In this document: positions 63,801-64,000 of the stretch, piece by piece
Position numbering within the stretch: the stretch's first letter is position 1
Layout of the letters: the number at the start of each line of letters is the position of its first letter
The notes under the pieces: generated by a model
Database searches by the model: none
Seen by the model: only the letters and a program-made list of their open reading frames with translations
Told to the model about the DNA's origin: nothing
NCBI RefSeq assembly: GCF_016432865.1
Contig: NC_067403.1
Span: 8,680,001 to 8,744,000 of the forward strand
DNA: 64,000 nucleotides
Source: Antechinus flavipes
Lineage: Eukaryota
Direction of reading: 5' to 3'
Program-made: the position numbers and the translations under genes

Positions 63801-64000
63801 AATGAACATTTATGAAGGGCAGGAGGACTCAAAGATATGGGGGTGGGGACAGAGAGGCAGGGCTCTCAGGGTTAAACTCATGAAATTATTTCTGGGCCAC
63901 AGCAAAAAGAAGGAAGACTCGGGAGAGGTATATCAGTGATGGATTTATGGCAATCCATTCTCCAGACTCTACACATAGCACAAGCCAACCTCTCATCATT

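Noticed and set aside
1-64000. Endogenous viral genes (borna-, filo-, parvovirus-like), retroviral gag/pol/env, tRNA/rRNA/snRNA genes, CRISPR arrays
   Set aside because: No motifs recognised in the ORF track or by eye; tRNA-like boxes are SINE heads. A tBLASTn against viral proteins would be needed to exclude highly decayed viral inserts

Overview
Repeat-rich, AT-rich, CpG-depleted vertebrate DNA, most likely from a dasyurid marsupial such as the Tasmanian devil (inferred from Mar1- and WSINE1-type CORE-SINEs and the 3' end of a young L1). Much of the window is retroelement debris: L1, L2, L3/CR1, MIR/Mar1 SINEs, a solo LTR and hAT-type DNA transposon remnants. There is one 508-N gap (49567-50074). 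I cannot recognise any host protein-coding gene, structural RNA gene, CRISPR array or endogenous viral gene. The only clearly protein-derived long ORF is the C-terminal 363 aa of a young, 5'-truncated L1 ORF2 (58128-59219, minus). Several unique, CpG-retaining islands carry developmental TF motifs, which suggests an intergenic or large-intron regulatory landscape. The most notable observations are: a near-perfect CTCF motif formed from a SINE head; an unexplained ~260-bp sequence fused to the 5' end of the young L1; a 58-bp perfect palindrome; a microhomology-bounded ~970-bp tandem duplication; CpG/GC-shifted old repeats; and phase-compatible candidate exons. I found no convincing novel multi-gene system. 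Repeat family names and boundaries are by-eye assignments (about +/-30 bp) and need RepeatMasker confirmation.
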